A stretch of DNA of 63,478 nucleotides, the filler included, from Deltaproteobacteria bacterium (lineage in GTDB: Bacteria; Myxococcota; JACRCW01), in the NCBI GenBank assembly GCA_016218805.1. It is 4 parts of 4 records of this genome, joined end to end, with 100 filler letters (N's around TTAATTAATTAA, not from the genome) between each part and the next. Parts side by side here need not be neighbours in the genome. Positions count along the whole stretch, not along the records: positions 1 to 29,181 come from JACRCW010000005.1; 3 more parts are not named here. One strand, given 5' to 3'. The position numbers and the translations under genes are program-made. Below the pieces are notes generated by a model that saw only the letters and a list, made by a program, of their open reading frames with translations, ran no database searches and was not told the DNA's origin. Within the stretch, counting starts at the first letter, position 1. Each line of letters starts with the position of its first letter. Below are positions 1 through 8,989 of the stretch, in pieces.

Positions 1-251
1 CACCGCCGCCGGCACCGCCGCCACCGCCGCCGGCACCGCCGCCACCGCCGCCGGCACCGCCGCCCCCCCCACCCCCTGCTCCCCCGCCGGTTGCCGCCGT
101 TGCGCCCGCGGTGTCCGCGGCGGTCCGCGCCACGCTGCAGGCACCCGGGGCGCCGCCGTTGCCCAGCGACCCAGTGGAGATGCTCCAGGAGCTGCTGACG
201 CGCGTGCAGAAGAACCGTCGCTTCCCGTCCACGTCCCCGCCCAACGCCTGA
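1..251 (+). CDS. 3' end of a proline-rich protein (partial, runs off window start)
   Basis: Frame from nt 3 reads PPPAPPPPPP...DPVEMLQELLTRVQKNRRFPSTSPPNA, with TGA at 249-251, 3 nt before the next ATG. Three copies of a 21-bp unit occupy 1-63. Confidence 0.6.
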   Translation, partial: PPPAPPPPPPAPPPPPPAPPPPPPPAPPPVAAVAPAVSAAVRATLQAPGAPPLPSDPVEMLQELLTRVQKNRRFPSTSPPNA

Positions 252-254
252 GCC

Positions 255-1256
255 ATGCGCCGGCGCCACGCGGCGGCCGCGCGCCCGCCCACTCCGCCGC
301 TTCCCTCTCCCGCCGAGCTTCCGCAATTCCTCCGGCGGGCGCGGCATGCGCGCGCCCGGCTGGTGCCGCCCGGGTGCACCATCCTGCGCCTGGTTCATGA
401 CGAGGCGGACGGGATGCCCGGCCTGCAGGTGGACCGGTTTGGGCCGCTGGCGGTGGTGCAGGCGTATGATTCCGCGTGGCGGCCGCACCTGGATGCGGTG
501 GCGCGGGCGCTGGTTGACGACGAGATCCGCGCGGTGCGCGCGGTGGTGCGCGGCCGGGCGGGGCGCGCGGACGGTGACGAACTGTGGGTGGGCGAGGACC
601 TCCCCGAGGAACTGGGTGCCGACGAGCCACCGCTCACCTTCCGGGTGCGCCCGCGCGACGAGAGCCTGTCGGTGGGCCTGTTCCCGGATGCGCGCCTGGC
701 GCGGCGGGCGGTGGCGGCGCTGGCGCGCGGGCGGCGCGTGCTGAACCTGTTTGCATACACCGGCGGGTTCACGGTGGCCGCGCTGTGGGGTGGTGCGGTG
801 CACGTGGACCAGGTGGACCTGGGGGCGCGGGTGGCGCCGTGGGCCGCGCGCAACGTCACCGTCAACGGGCTGTCACCGCGCGCGTGCCGGTTTGTCGTGG
901 AGGACGCAGTGGCGTTCACTGCGCGCGCCGCGCGGTCCACGCGCCGCTACGGCATGGTGGTGCTGGACCCGCCCACGTTTGCGCGGGCGGGCGGGGGTTG
1001 GCACCACACCGCGGACCTGCACGCGCTGCTGGTGGACGCGCTCACCGCGTGTGACGCGGACGCGCACCTGATGTTCTCCACCAACACCGTGGGCCAGGAC
1101 CCGGCTGACCTGTGGTCCCAGGTGCAGGCCGCGGCCCGGGAGGCCGCGCGCGCCGTGGTGCTGGAGCAGGTGATCCGCGCAGGCGCGGACTTTCCCGTCT
1201 CCCCCGGCGGCGACAACCTTGCGCGCTTCAAGATGTTGCAGGTGCGCGTCAGCTGA
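255..1256 (+). CDS. Class I SAM-dependent rRNA methyltransferase, RlmI/RlmK-like
   Basis: Motifs LRLVHDEADGMPGLQVDRFG, GLFPDAR, VLNLFAYTGGF (SAM-binding) and LDPPTF. Confidence 0.85.
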   Translation: MRRRHAAAARPPTPPLPSPAELPQFLRRARHARARLVPPGCTILRLVHDEADGMPGLQVDRFGPLAVVQAYDSAWRPHLDAVARALVDDEIRAVRAVVRGRAGRADGDELWVGEDLPEELGADEPPLTFRVRPRDESLSVGLFPDARLARRAVAALARGRRVLNLFAYTGGFTVAALWGGAVHVDQVDLGARVAPWAARNVTVNGLSPRACRFVVEDAVAFTARAARSTRRYGMVVLDPPTFARAGGGWHHTADLHALLVDALTACDADAHLMFSTNTVGQDPADLWSQVQAAAREAARAVVLEQVIRAGADFPVSPGGDNLARFKMLQVRVS

Positions 1257-1305
1257 AGCGCCCCGGTTGCTTGCGGGACGTGATGGCCCGGCGTAGTTGC
1301 GCCGC

Positions 1306-2607
1306 ATGAACGCCAACTGGAAGAACCGCTCCATGTCCGCGCAGGACGTCGTCAAGAACATCCCGGACCACAGCCGCGTGTTTCTCCACGGCGCGTCGGC
1401 CACGCCCACCCCGCTGTTGGAAGCCATGGTGGCGCGCGAGGACCTCACCGACGTGCGCATCTACCACATGCACGTGGGCGGGCCGGCGCCCTTTGCGGAG
1501 CCGCGGCACACGGACAAGTTCCATTCCGTGTCCCTGTTCACCGGCCACAACCTGCGCACGCCCATTGAAGAGGGCCGCGCGGATTTCATGCCCATCTTCC
1601 TGTCGGACATTCCGGGGCTGTTTTCGTCCGGTGCCGTGCCGCTGGATGTGGCGTTGCTGCAGCTGTCCCCGCCGGACTCCCACGGCAACTGCACACTGGG
1701 CCCGTCCGTGGACGCGGCGCGCGCTGCCGCGGACAACGCGCGCATTGTGCTGGCGGAGATCAATGAGCAGTGCCCGCGCACGCACGGTGCCACCGTGGTG
1801 CCGCTGTCCAGCGTGAACGCGTTCACCGTGACCAACCGCCCGCTGCACGAGGCTGCGCCGCCCAAGATTGGCCCGGTGGAGGCCACCATTGGTGATCACG
1901 TGGCGGCCATTGTGGAGGACGGCAGCTGCCTGCAGATGGGCATTGGCGCCATCCCGGACGCCGTGCTCATGCGCCTGCACGCCAAGAATGACCTGGGCGT
2001 GCACACGGAGATGTTTTCTGACGGGCTCATCCCGCTCATCCAGAAGGGCGTGGTCACCAACCGCCGCAAGAACGTGCACCCCGGGCGCACATCCACGTCC
2101 TTTGTGACCGGGACGCGCAAGCTGCTGGACTTTGTGGATGACAACCTGATGGTGGAGTTCCACTCCTGCGACCGCACCAACGACACCGCGCTCATCCGCA
2201 AGAATGACAAGGTGGTGGCCATCAACTCTGCCCTGGAGATCGACCTCAGCGGCCAGGTGTGCGCGGACTCCATCGGGACGCGCATCTATTCGGGCATTGG
2301 CGGGCAGATGGACTTCATCCGCGCTGCCGCCCTGTCCCGCGGTGGCAAGCCCGTCATTGCGCTGCCGTCCACCACCTCCAACGGGAAGACCAGCCGGATT
2401 GCCTGCACGCTCAAGCCGGGCGCCGGCGTCGTCACCACCCGCGGCCACGTGCACTACGTCGCCACGGAGTACGGAATCGTCAACCTGCACGGCAAGACCC
2501 TGCGCGAACGCGCCGACCTGCTCATCAGCATTGCCCACCCGGACTTCCGCGGTGAGCTGCGGCGGCAGGTGGCGGAACTGCGGCATTTCGATATGGGCCC
2601 GCACTGA
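1306..2607 (+). CDS. Acetyl-CoA hydrolase/transferase family (4-hydroxybutyrate CoA-transferase-like)
   Basis: Motifs LQMGIGAIPDAV, LGVHTEMFSDG, GQVCADSIG..IYSGIGGQMDF and VATEYG. ATG 1306 preferred over TTG 1297. Confidence 0.92.
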   Translation: MNANWKNRSMSAQDVVKNIPDHSRVFLHGASATPTPLLEAMVAREDLTDVRIYHMHVGGPAPFAEPRHTDKFHSVSLFTGHNLRTPIEEGRADFMPIFLSDIPGLFSSGAVPLDVALLQLSPPDSHGNCTLGPSVDAARAAADNARIVLAEINEQCPRTHGATVVPLSSVNAFTVTNRPLHEAAPPKIGPVEATIGDHVAAIVEDGSCLQMGIGAIPDAVLMRLHAKNDLGVHTEMFSDGLIPLIQKGVVTNRRKNVHPGRTSTSFVTGTRKLLDFVDDNLMVEFHSCDRTNDTALIRKNDKVVAINSALEIDLSGQVCADSIGTRIYSGIGGQMDFIRAAALSRGGKPVIALPSTTSNGKTSRIACTLKPGAGVVTTRGHVHYVATEYGIVNLHGKTLRERADLLISIAHPDFRGELRRQVAELRHFDMGPH

Positions 2608-2640
2608 CCCCTCCCAGACTCCCCCCGCAAGCGGGGAGAG
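2608..2640. repeat. Short GC-rich palindrome immediately after the stop codon (REP-like hairpin or pause site)
   Basis: CCCCTCCCAGACTCCCCCCGCAAGCGGGGAGAG forms a CCCCGC-AA-GCGGGG stem with no U-tract. Confidence 0.4.
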
Positions 2641-2787
2641 AAGCACGGCGGGGCGGATTCCAACGCGGCGGGGCGGAACGCCACGGCGGGCCGGCCCCGT
2701 CACGTCGTCAGGACGCCGGGAACGTGCACGCGGACGTTGGAATGCTTATTGAACGTCCCGCGTCCGCAACGGAGGAGTGTGCAACCC

Positions 2788-4209
2788 ATGCGTAAGATCT
2801 TGCTGGTGGTGGGACTGGGGCTGGTGGTGGTGCCCGCGCGGGCAGACCGGCTGTGGATGGAGAAGAGCGCGGACGAGGCCAAGCGTGACCAGGTGCTCCT
2901 GCCCAGCGCCGCGCCGCTCATCAAGAAGGCCTCCGCCGCCGTGGTGAACATCATGACCAACGGCAAGCCCCCGCCGGGCCTTGGGAACGGGGAGGACGGC
3001 AACCCATTTGACGAGTTCTTCAAGCGCTTCCACGGCGGCCGCGAGATCCCGCGCGAGCTGCTGCGCGGCGCGGGCACCGGGTTCCTCATCCACCCCACCG
3101 GGTACATTGTCACCAACGCGCACGTGGTGGAGGACGCCGCCAGCATTGAGGTGCGCCTGTTGGACGACGACACCCCGCGCCCCGCCAAGGTCATTGGCCA
3201 GGACTCCACCACGGACCTGGCGCTCATCAAGATTGACGGCAAGGACCTCCCTGTCCTGCCGCTGGGTGACAGCGACGCGCTCGAGGTCGGCGACTTTGTG
3301 CTGGCCATTGGCAACCCGTTTGGGCTGGCGCATTCGGCCAGTTTTGGGATGGTGAGCGCCAAGGGCCGCAAGGAGATCAATCCGTCCGGGCGCTCCGGCC
3401 TGTATGACTTCATCCAGACGGATGCCGCCATCAATCCCGGGAATTCCGGTGGCCCGCTGGTCAACCTACGCGGCGAAGTGGTGGGCATCAACGCGGCCGT
3501 CAACGCGGCGGGGCAGGGCATTGGGTTTGCCATCCCCGTCAACATGGCCAAGCAGCTGCTGCCGGACCTCAAGGAGAAGGGTTCCGTCACGCGCTCGTGG
3601 CTGGGCCTGAACATCCAGAAGGTGACGCCTGAGCTGGCGCAGAGTTTTGGCCTGGAGAGCCCGCGCGGCGCGCTGGTGGCCGGCGTGGTGGAAGACGGGC
3701 CATCCGCCAAGGCCGGCGTGGAGCCGGGTGATGTGATTGTGGAGTTTGACGGCAAGAAGGTGGTGCACAGCGTGGACCTGCCGCTCATGGCGGCCACGGC
3801 GGGCGTGGGCAAGAGCGTGCCGGTGAAGGTCATGCGTGACGGCAAGGAGAAGTCCGTCAAGGTGATCCTCACCGCGCGCCCTGATGACACCACGCTGGCA
3901 CGGGCCAACAGCCGCAGCGGCGGCGAGGCGCGCGACCTGGGAATCCGCGTGGTGGAACTGGGAGCCATGCGGCAGCAACTGGGCCTGGCACCGGGGTTCA
4001 AGGGCATCGTCGTCAAGGAGGTGGAGGCGGACTCACCGGCGGCGCAGGCCGGCCTGCGGGCGGGAGACGTGATTGTGAAGTTCAACGGCAAGCCGGTGGA
4101 GAGCGTGGCGCACTTTGTGAGCGCGGCGCGGGGCGTCAAGGAGGGCCAGATGGTGCGGCTGTTTGTGCGCCGGGGGGACACCGGGCTGTTCCTGGCCTTC
4201 AAGCGGTAG
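2788..4209 (+). CDS. degP: Do/DegP (HtrA) family periplasmic serine protease with two PDZ domains
   Basis: GGAGGA RBS upstream, signal peptide, triad motifs TNAHVV, DLALIK and INPGNSGGPL, and two C-terminal PDZ-like repeats. Confidence 0.9.
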   Translation: MRKILLVVGLGLVVVPARADRLWMEKSADEAKRDQVLLPSAAPLIKKASAAVVNIMTNGKPPPGLGNGEDGNPFDEFFKRFHGGREIPRELLRGAGTGFLIHPTGYIVTNAHVVEDAASIEVRLLDDDTPRPAKVIGQDSTTDLALIKIDGKDLPVLPLGDSDALEVGDFVLAIGNPFGLAHSASFGMVSAKGRKEINPSGRSGLYDFIQTDAAINPGNSGGPLVNLRGEVVGINAAVNAAGQGIGFAIPVNMAKQLLPDLKEKGSVTRSWLGLNIQKVTPELAQSFGLESPRGALVAGVVEDGPSAKAGVEPGDVIVEFDGKKVVHSVDLPLMAATAGVGKSVPVKVMRDGKEKSVKVILTARPDDTTLARANSRSGGEARDLGIRVVELGAMRQQLGLAPGFKGIVVKEVEADSPAAQAGLRAGDVIVKFNGKPVESVAHFVSAARGVKEGQMVRLFVRRGDTGLFLAFKR

Positions 4210-4284
4210 CGCGCCGCGATTGACGACGGGAGTGCGCCACCGTAAGTCCCCCGCGGCCGCCCCGGCGGGCGGTGCGGAGGCGTG

Positions 4285-5898
4285 ATGGTCACCCAGCGCA
4301 AGGCTGCCCCCAGGGAAAAGAAGTACACCACGTTGTCGGGCATGGACCTCAAGCCGTTCTACGGCCCGGAGGACGTGCGCCCGCGCGAGGTCAGCGAACG
4401 CCAGGCGCCACCCGGCAGCTACCCGTTCACCCGCGGCATCCACGAGACCATGTACCGCGGCAAGCCGTGGACCATGCGCATGTTTGCCGGGTTTGGCACG
4501 CCCGAGGACACCAACCAGCGCTTCAAGTACCTGCTGGCGCAGGGGCAGACCGGGCTGTCCACCGCTTTCGATATGCCGGCGCTCATGGGTTACGACCCCG
4601 ACCACCCCATGAGCCTGGGCGAGGTGGGCCGCGAAGGCGTCTCCGTGGCCACGCTGGACGACATGAAGCGCCTGTTTGACGGCATCAACCTGGCGGATGT
4701 CTCCACGTCCATGACCATCAACGCCTCTGCGATCATTGCGCTGAGTTTCTATGTGGCCACGGCGCAGGCGCAGGGCACCGGCCCGGAGAAGCTGCGGGGC
4801 ACCGTGCAGAACGACATGCTCAAGGAGTTCATTGCGCAGAAGGAGTGGATTGTCCCGCCGCGGCCATCCATGCGCATCATGAAGGACATGCTGGCGTGGT
4901 GCTCCACGCACATGCCGCTGTGGAACACCGTGTCCATCAGCGGCTACCACATCCGCGAAGCCGGGGCGACGGCGGTGCAGGAGCTGGCGTTCACGCTGGC
5001 CGACGGCATTGGTTACATGCAGCTGGGCGTGGACGCGGGGTTGGACCCGGACAGCTTTGCGCAGCGGCTCAGCTTCTTCTTTGACGTGCACAATGACTTC
5101 TTTGAAGAGGTCTGCAAACTGCGCGCGGCGCGGCGCATCTGGGCCAAGGTCACCAAGGAGCGGTTTGGGTGCAAGAACCCGCGGTCCTGGATCCTGCGCA
5201 CCCACTGCCAGACCGCGGGCGTGTCCCTGACGGCGCAACAGCCGTACAACAACGTCATCCGCACCACGTGGCAGGCACTGGCCGCGGTGCTGGGCGGCAC
5301 GCAGAGCCTGCACACCAACAGCCTGGATGAAACCTACGCGCTCCCCACGGAGGAGGCGGCGACCATTGCCCTGCGCACGCAGCAACTGCTGTTTGAGGAA
5401 TCCCGCGTGGGCATGGTGGCGGACCCGCTGGGCGGCAGCTGGTTCATTGAGAATCTCACCGACCAGATTGAGGACGCGGCGTGGAAGTACATCCGCAAGA
5501 TTGATGACCTGGGCGGCATCCTCCCGGCGGTGGAGGAAGGCTATCCGCAGCGCGAGATCGCCGAGAGCGCATACCGCTACCAGCGCGCGCTGGAGGACCA
5601 GGAAGAGGTGATTGTTGGCATCAACAAGTTTGTCACGGACGGAAAGCCCGCTATTCCCACGCTGAAGATTGACCACCAGGGCGAGCAGGACCAGGTGAAC
5701 CGCGTGAAGGCGGTGAAGGCGCGGCGCAACCCGGACAAGGCCAAGGCGGCGTTGGCGCGCATTGAGTCCTGCTGCCGTTCCGACGAGAACATGATGCCGG
5801 CGGTGATTGACGCGGCCAAGGCGGACTGCACGCTGGGCGAAATCAGCGACGTGTTCCGCAAGGTGTGGGGCGTGCACCGCGATCCCGCGTACCTCTGA
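4285..5898 (+). CDS. B12-dependent acyl-CoA mutase large subunit (isobutyryl-CoA mutase-like specificity residues)
   Basis: Motifs [54 protein letters not shown] and DPLGGS. No DxHxxG B12-binding domain. Confidence 0.9.
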   Translation: MVTQRKAAPREKKYTTLSGMDLKPFYGPEDVRPREVSERQAPPGSYPFTRGIHETMYRGKPWTMRMFAGFGTPEDTNQRFKYLLAQGQTGLSTAFDMPALMGYDPDHPMSLGEVGREGVSVATLDDMKRLFDGINLADVSTSMTINASAIIALSFYVATAQAQGTGPEKLRGTVQNDMLKEFIAQKEWIVPPRPSMRIMKDMLAWCSTHMPLWNTVSISGYHIREAGATAVQELAFTLADGIGYMQLGVDAGLDPDSFAQRLSFFFDVHNDFFEEVCKLRAARRIWAKVTKERFGCKNPRSWILRTHCQTAGVSLTAQQPYNNVIRTTWQALAAVLGGTQSLHTNSLDETYALPTEEAATIALRTQQLLFEESRVGMVADPLGGSWFIENLTDQIEDAAWKYIRKIDDLGGILPAVEEGYPQREIAESAYRYQRALEDQEEVIVGINKFVTDGKPAIPTLKIDHQGEQDQVNRVKAVKARRNPDKAKAALARIESCCRSDENMMPAVIDAAKADCTLGEISDVFRKVWGVHRDPAYL

Positions 5899-5914
5899 TT
5901 CTGCAGGAGGAACC

Positions 5915-6784
5915 ATGGGGGCCCGCAGCATCCAGCGCACCATTGCCGCCGTCAGAACGCTGGAAGGGGCGGGTTTTGTGGTGCGGCGGCCGTTCCCCGT
6001 GCAGGGGCTGCAGCAGGTGGACCCGTTCCTGCTGCTGGACGAGATGGGCCCCACGGACCTGCGGCCCGGCGAGGCGCGCGGTGCGCCGGACCACCCGCAT
6101 CGCGGGTTTGAGACCGTTTCCTACATCCTGGAAGGCGCGCTGGAACACCAGGACTCCGTGGGCAACCGCGGCCGCCTGGGCCCCGGTGACGTGCAGTGGA
6201 TGACCGCGGGCTCCGGCGTGGTGCATTCAGAGATGCCCGCCGAGGAGATGGTGGCGCGCGGCGGCCGCATGCACGGCTTCCAGGTGTGGGTGAACCTCCC
6301 GCGCGCGGACAAGATGATGCGGCCGCGCTACCAGGACGTGCCCGCCTCCCGCATCCCCACCGCGGTATCCGCCGACGGGAAGGTGACCGTGAAGGTGATC
6401 GCCGGGGAGGCGCTGGGGAAGGCGGCGGTGATTGATACGCGCATTCCCATCCAATACCTGCATTTCATCCTGCAGGAGGGCGCGGAGGTGCGGCAGCCGG
6501 TGCCCGCGGGCCATACCGCGTGCATCTACGTGTTTGAGGGCCGCGGTGTGGTGGGCGAGGACCGCAAGATGGTCCAGGATGGCGACCTGGCCCTGTTGCG
6601 CGATGACGGCGACCACGTGCTGGTTCGCAATGAATCCCACAAGCGCGTGCAGTTCCTGCTGCTGTCCGCGCAACCGCTCAAGGAACCCATGGTGCGCCAC
6701 GGGCCGTTTGTGATGAACACCTGGGACGAGGTGGAACAGGCGTTCCACGATTTCCAGTCTGGCCGCATGGGCCGGATTGGCTGA
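5915..6784 (+). CDS. Pirin family protein
   Basis: AGGAGG RBS; motifs DPFLLLDE, HPHRGFETVSY, WMTAGSGVVHSE and GPFVMNT. Confidence 0.93.
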   Translation: MGARSIQRTIAAVRTLEGAGFVVRRPFPVQGLQQVDPFLLLDEMGPTDLRPGEARGAPDHPHRGFETVSYILEGALEHQDSVGNRGRLGPGDVQWMTAGSGVVHSEMPAEEMVARGGRMHGFQVWVNLPRADKMMRPRYQDVPASRIPTAVSADGKVTVKVIAGEALGKAAVIDTRIPIQYLHFILQEGAEVRQPVPAGHTACIYVFEGRGVVGEDRKMVQDGDLALLRDDGDHVLVRNESHKRVQFLLLSAQPLKEPMVRHGPFVMNTWDEVEQAFHDFQSGRMGRIG

Positions 6785-6788
6785 GGCG

Positions 6789-7955
6789 TCAGTAACGCGT
6801 CTGGCACGGGTGCGCGTCCGCAAACGCCTGCACGCGCGCCAGGGCCGTGGCGTCGGCCTCGTTGTACTGCCAGCTCAGCGCGCCCGCGTACCCGTTGGTG
6901 AACCAGCTCTCCACCACCGTCGCGTACGGCGTGGTGCCCAGGTCGCCCATGGGGAATTCGCCCATCACCACCGGACGGTCAGCCACCCCGTTGTCCGCCG
7001 GGGACTGCGCGTACGGCCACCACGCGTCCACCCAGGCGTACGTGTGGAACTGGTAGAAATCAATTCCCGTGTTCTTCCACGCGTTGGCCCACTTCACCGC
7101 GGCGGAACCCACCGTCACCGGCGCCGTGCTCTCCGCGTGCAGCGTGGCCACCGCGTCCGTGATGAACCGCTCCATCTGGGCCGGTGTCACCACCTGCAGG
7201 TCCGCGTTGGGGTCAAACGGCGGGTCGCCGTGCGAATTGGTCCCGCTCACGGCCCACTCCGGTTCGTTGATGACGTCCCACGCCATGACCCGCGCGGCGT
7301 GCGCGCTCTGCGCCACCGCGCGCGTCACCGGCGCCACCACGGAGGACATCAGCGCCGCGCGCCGGGTGTCATCCACGACAAACCGCTGCAGACCCGGGAT
7401 GTGCACGCCGCTGTCATCACGTGTGGCGCGGAACCCGTCAAATGAGAACAGGCACGGCATCAGGTACAGGTCATGCAGCTCCGCCAGCTGCAGCGCCGCT
7501 TCCAGGTCGGCCAGCGTGGTGGCACCCAGGCCTACCAGGTTGTCATTGGCGTCAAAGGCCACCCCCTTGCCGCGGAAATCCGGAAACAGCCACCACCGCA
7601 CCACGCTGACACCATGCGCCCGCATGTCCGCAAGCTCCGCGCTGAAGGTGTCCGGATCCGCAGCAACGCCCAATTGATCCCATTCCGGGATTCCACCGAA
7701 ATCACCCGCAAAGTGGTGCCACGCGTAGTTCACGCCGTACATGAAGCGCTGCTTGCACTGCCACGCCATACCGGCGGGGTGCGCACAGGTGTCCGCGCAG
7801 GCCCCGCCGTCCGCGGCACTGGAGGAGGAGCCCGGACCGCTGGAGGCCGCTGACGACGACGCGGCCGGGGGCGCGCCGCCGTCGTGGTCGCCCGTGGTGC
7901 GCTGCGAAATGCAGGCGCAAAGCGGCACGGCCAGGAGAAGATGCATGGAACGCAC
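6789..7955 (-). CDS. GH5-like (clan GH-A) glycoside hydrolase, probable lipoprotein
   Basis: LCAC lipobox-like signal and Ser-rich linker. GVNYAW, WDVINEP (acid/base), QFHTY and VVMGEF (nucleophile). GGAGG precedes GTG 7955; alternative ATG at 7946. Confidence 0.8.
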   Translation of the reverse strand: MRSMHLLLAVPLCACISQRTTGDHDGGAPPAASSSAASSGPGSSSSAADGGACADTCAHPAGMAWQCKQRFMYGVNYAWHHFAGDFGGIPEWDQLGVAADPDTFSAELADMRAHGVSVVRWWLFPDFRGKGVAFDANDNLVGLGATTLADLEAALQLAELHDLYLMPCLFSFDGFRATRDDSGVHIPGLQRFVVDDTRRAALMSSVVAPVTRAVAQSAHAARVMAWDVINEPEWAVSGTNSHGDPPFDPNADLQVVTPAQMERFITDAVATLHAESTAPVTVGSAAVKWANAWKNTGIDFYQFHTYAWVDAWWPYAQSPADNGVADRPVVMGEFPMGDLGTTPYATVVESWFTNGYAGALSWQYNEADATALARVQAFADAHPCQTRY

Positions 7956-8033
7956 AGGCGCACCTCCGTGTAGGAGGTACAGCGTCCCGCGCATGGTGAT
8001 TCCGTGCAACGTCCGGCGCAAGGTTTGTTGATG

Positions 8034-8936
8034 TCAAAGACCCCCTCCCTCCAACTCGCGCAATTCCGCTTCCAGCGCGCGCTTCTCGTCGACATCGCTC
8101 CACGTCCATGCCGTCTCCTGGATGCGCCGCCGTACCTCCTCCTGGCGCGTCAACGTCCCCACCACCGAGTCCGCCGCCTGCGCGCAATGCTGGAATCCAG
8201 GCCCCAGCGGGGGTGAACCGCCTTCAGGGGTGGATGCCCCCACGCCTCCGGTGGTCTCCACGCAATGCACGATCCGCTGGGTCATCACCTCCGCTGATTT
8301 GTCCGCAATCGCCCGCAACTGCTTGAGGTCGCGCTCCACGTCCGCCCGCCGGTCATTGTCCGCCCACGTCCGCAGCGTCTCGCGCTCCCGCTTCAGTGCG
8401 GCCACGCGGTCCTGCACCTCCAGCAACGCCGGTGACACCGAGGAGTCCAGCCACACGTCCGGCGCGGGACGCAGCCAGGCCTCGTTGGCCCGCCGCGCCT
8501 CCGCCAACTCCCGGTCCACCTCGTTCCGGGCCGGCACGTCGGCCCACGTGTGCAGCCGGTCGCGCCGCGCCTCCAGACGCTTCACTCTCGACGACAACAG
8601 GTCGTCAGGCGGCTGCGCGAAGGTGGCCGCCGGGACCACCGGGACCCGCGCCGAGTCGCGACTGGCGGTGCCAGGTTGCAGCGTCGCCATGGGCGCCGTC
8701 TGCACCACCCGTTCCCGCGCGCGTCCCTGCTTGATCGCGCGGATGCCCTTGCGCGCGGCGTCGCGTCTATCCCGCCCATTCCAGCCGCGCGCCCGCTCCG
8801 CTTCCGCCGCCAGCCGCGCAAGCTCGCGCGCATCCCGGTCTTCCCGCGCGGCCAGCTCCACCCAGCTGGGCTCAAGCTGGTCAATTTGCGCAATTCCGGA
8901 CAGGTGCACCACCAGCATCCACGCGGACAACGCCAT
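8034..8936 (-). CDS. Hypothetical secreted protein with three TW(A/S)D helical repeats
   Basis: GGAGG RBS before ATG 8936, hydrophobic N-terminus, and co-directional with neighbours. No family recognised. Confidence 0.65.
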   Translation of the reverse strand: MALSAWMLVVHLSGIAQIDQLEPSWVELAAREDRDARELARLAAEAERARGWNGRDRRDAARKGIRAIKQGRARERVVQTAPMATLQPGTASRDSARVPVVPAATFAQPPDDLLSSRVKRLEARRDRLHTWADVPARNEVDRELAEARRANEAWLRPAPDVWLDSSVSPALLEVQDRVAALKRERETLRTWADNDRRADVERDLKQLRAIADKSAEVMTQRIVHCVETTGGVGASTPEGGSPPLGPGFQHCAQAADSVVGTLTRQEEVRRRIQETAWTWSDVDEKRALEAELRELEGGGL

Positions 8937-8989
8937 GTTTCCACCTCCACGCGGGTGGCAAAGCAGCCGCTGTGCCACGCGTGGGGTGT

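Noticed and set aside
1..63. 21-bp tandem repeat as a non-coding element
   Set aside because: It encodes an in-frame poly-Pro/Ala linker of the partial first gene.
255..1256. Split RlmKL pair with the THUMP methyltransferase at 32860-33996
   Set aside because: The genes are on different contigs, so no linkage can be claimed, and RlmI versus RlmK cannot be resolved by eye.
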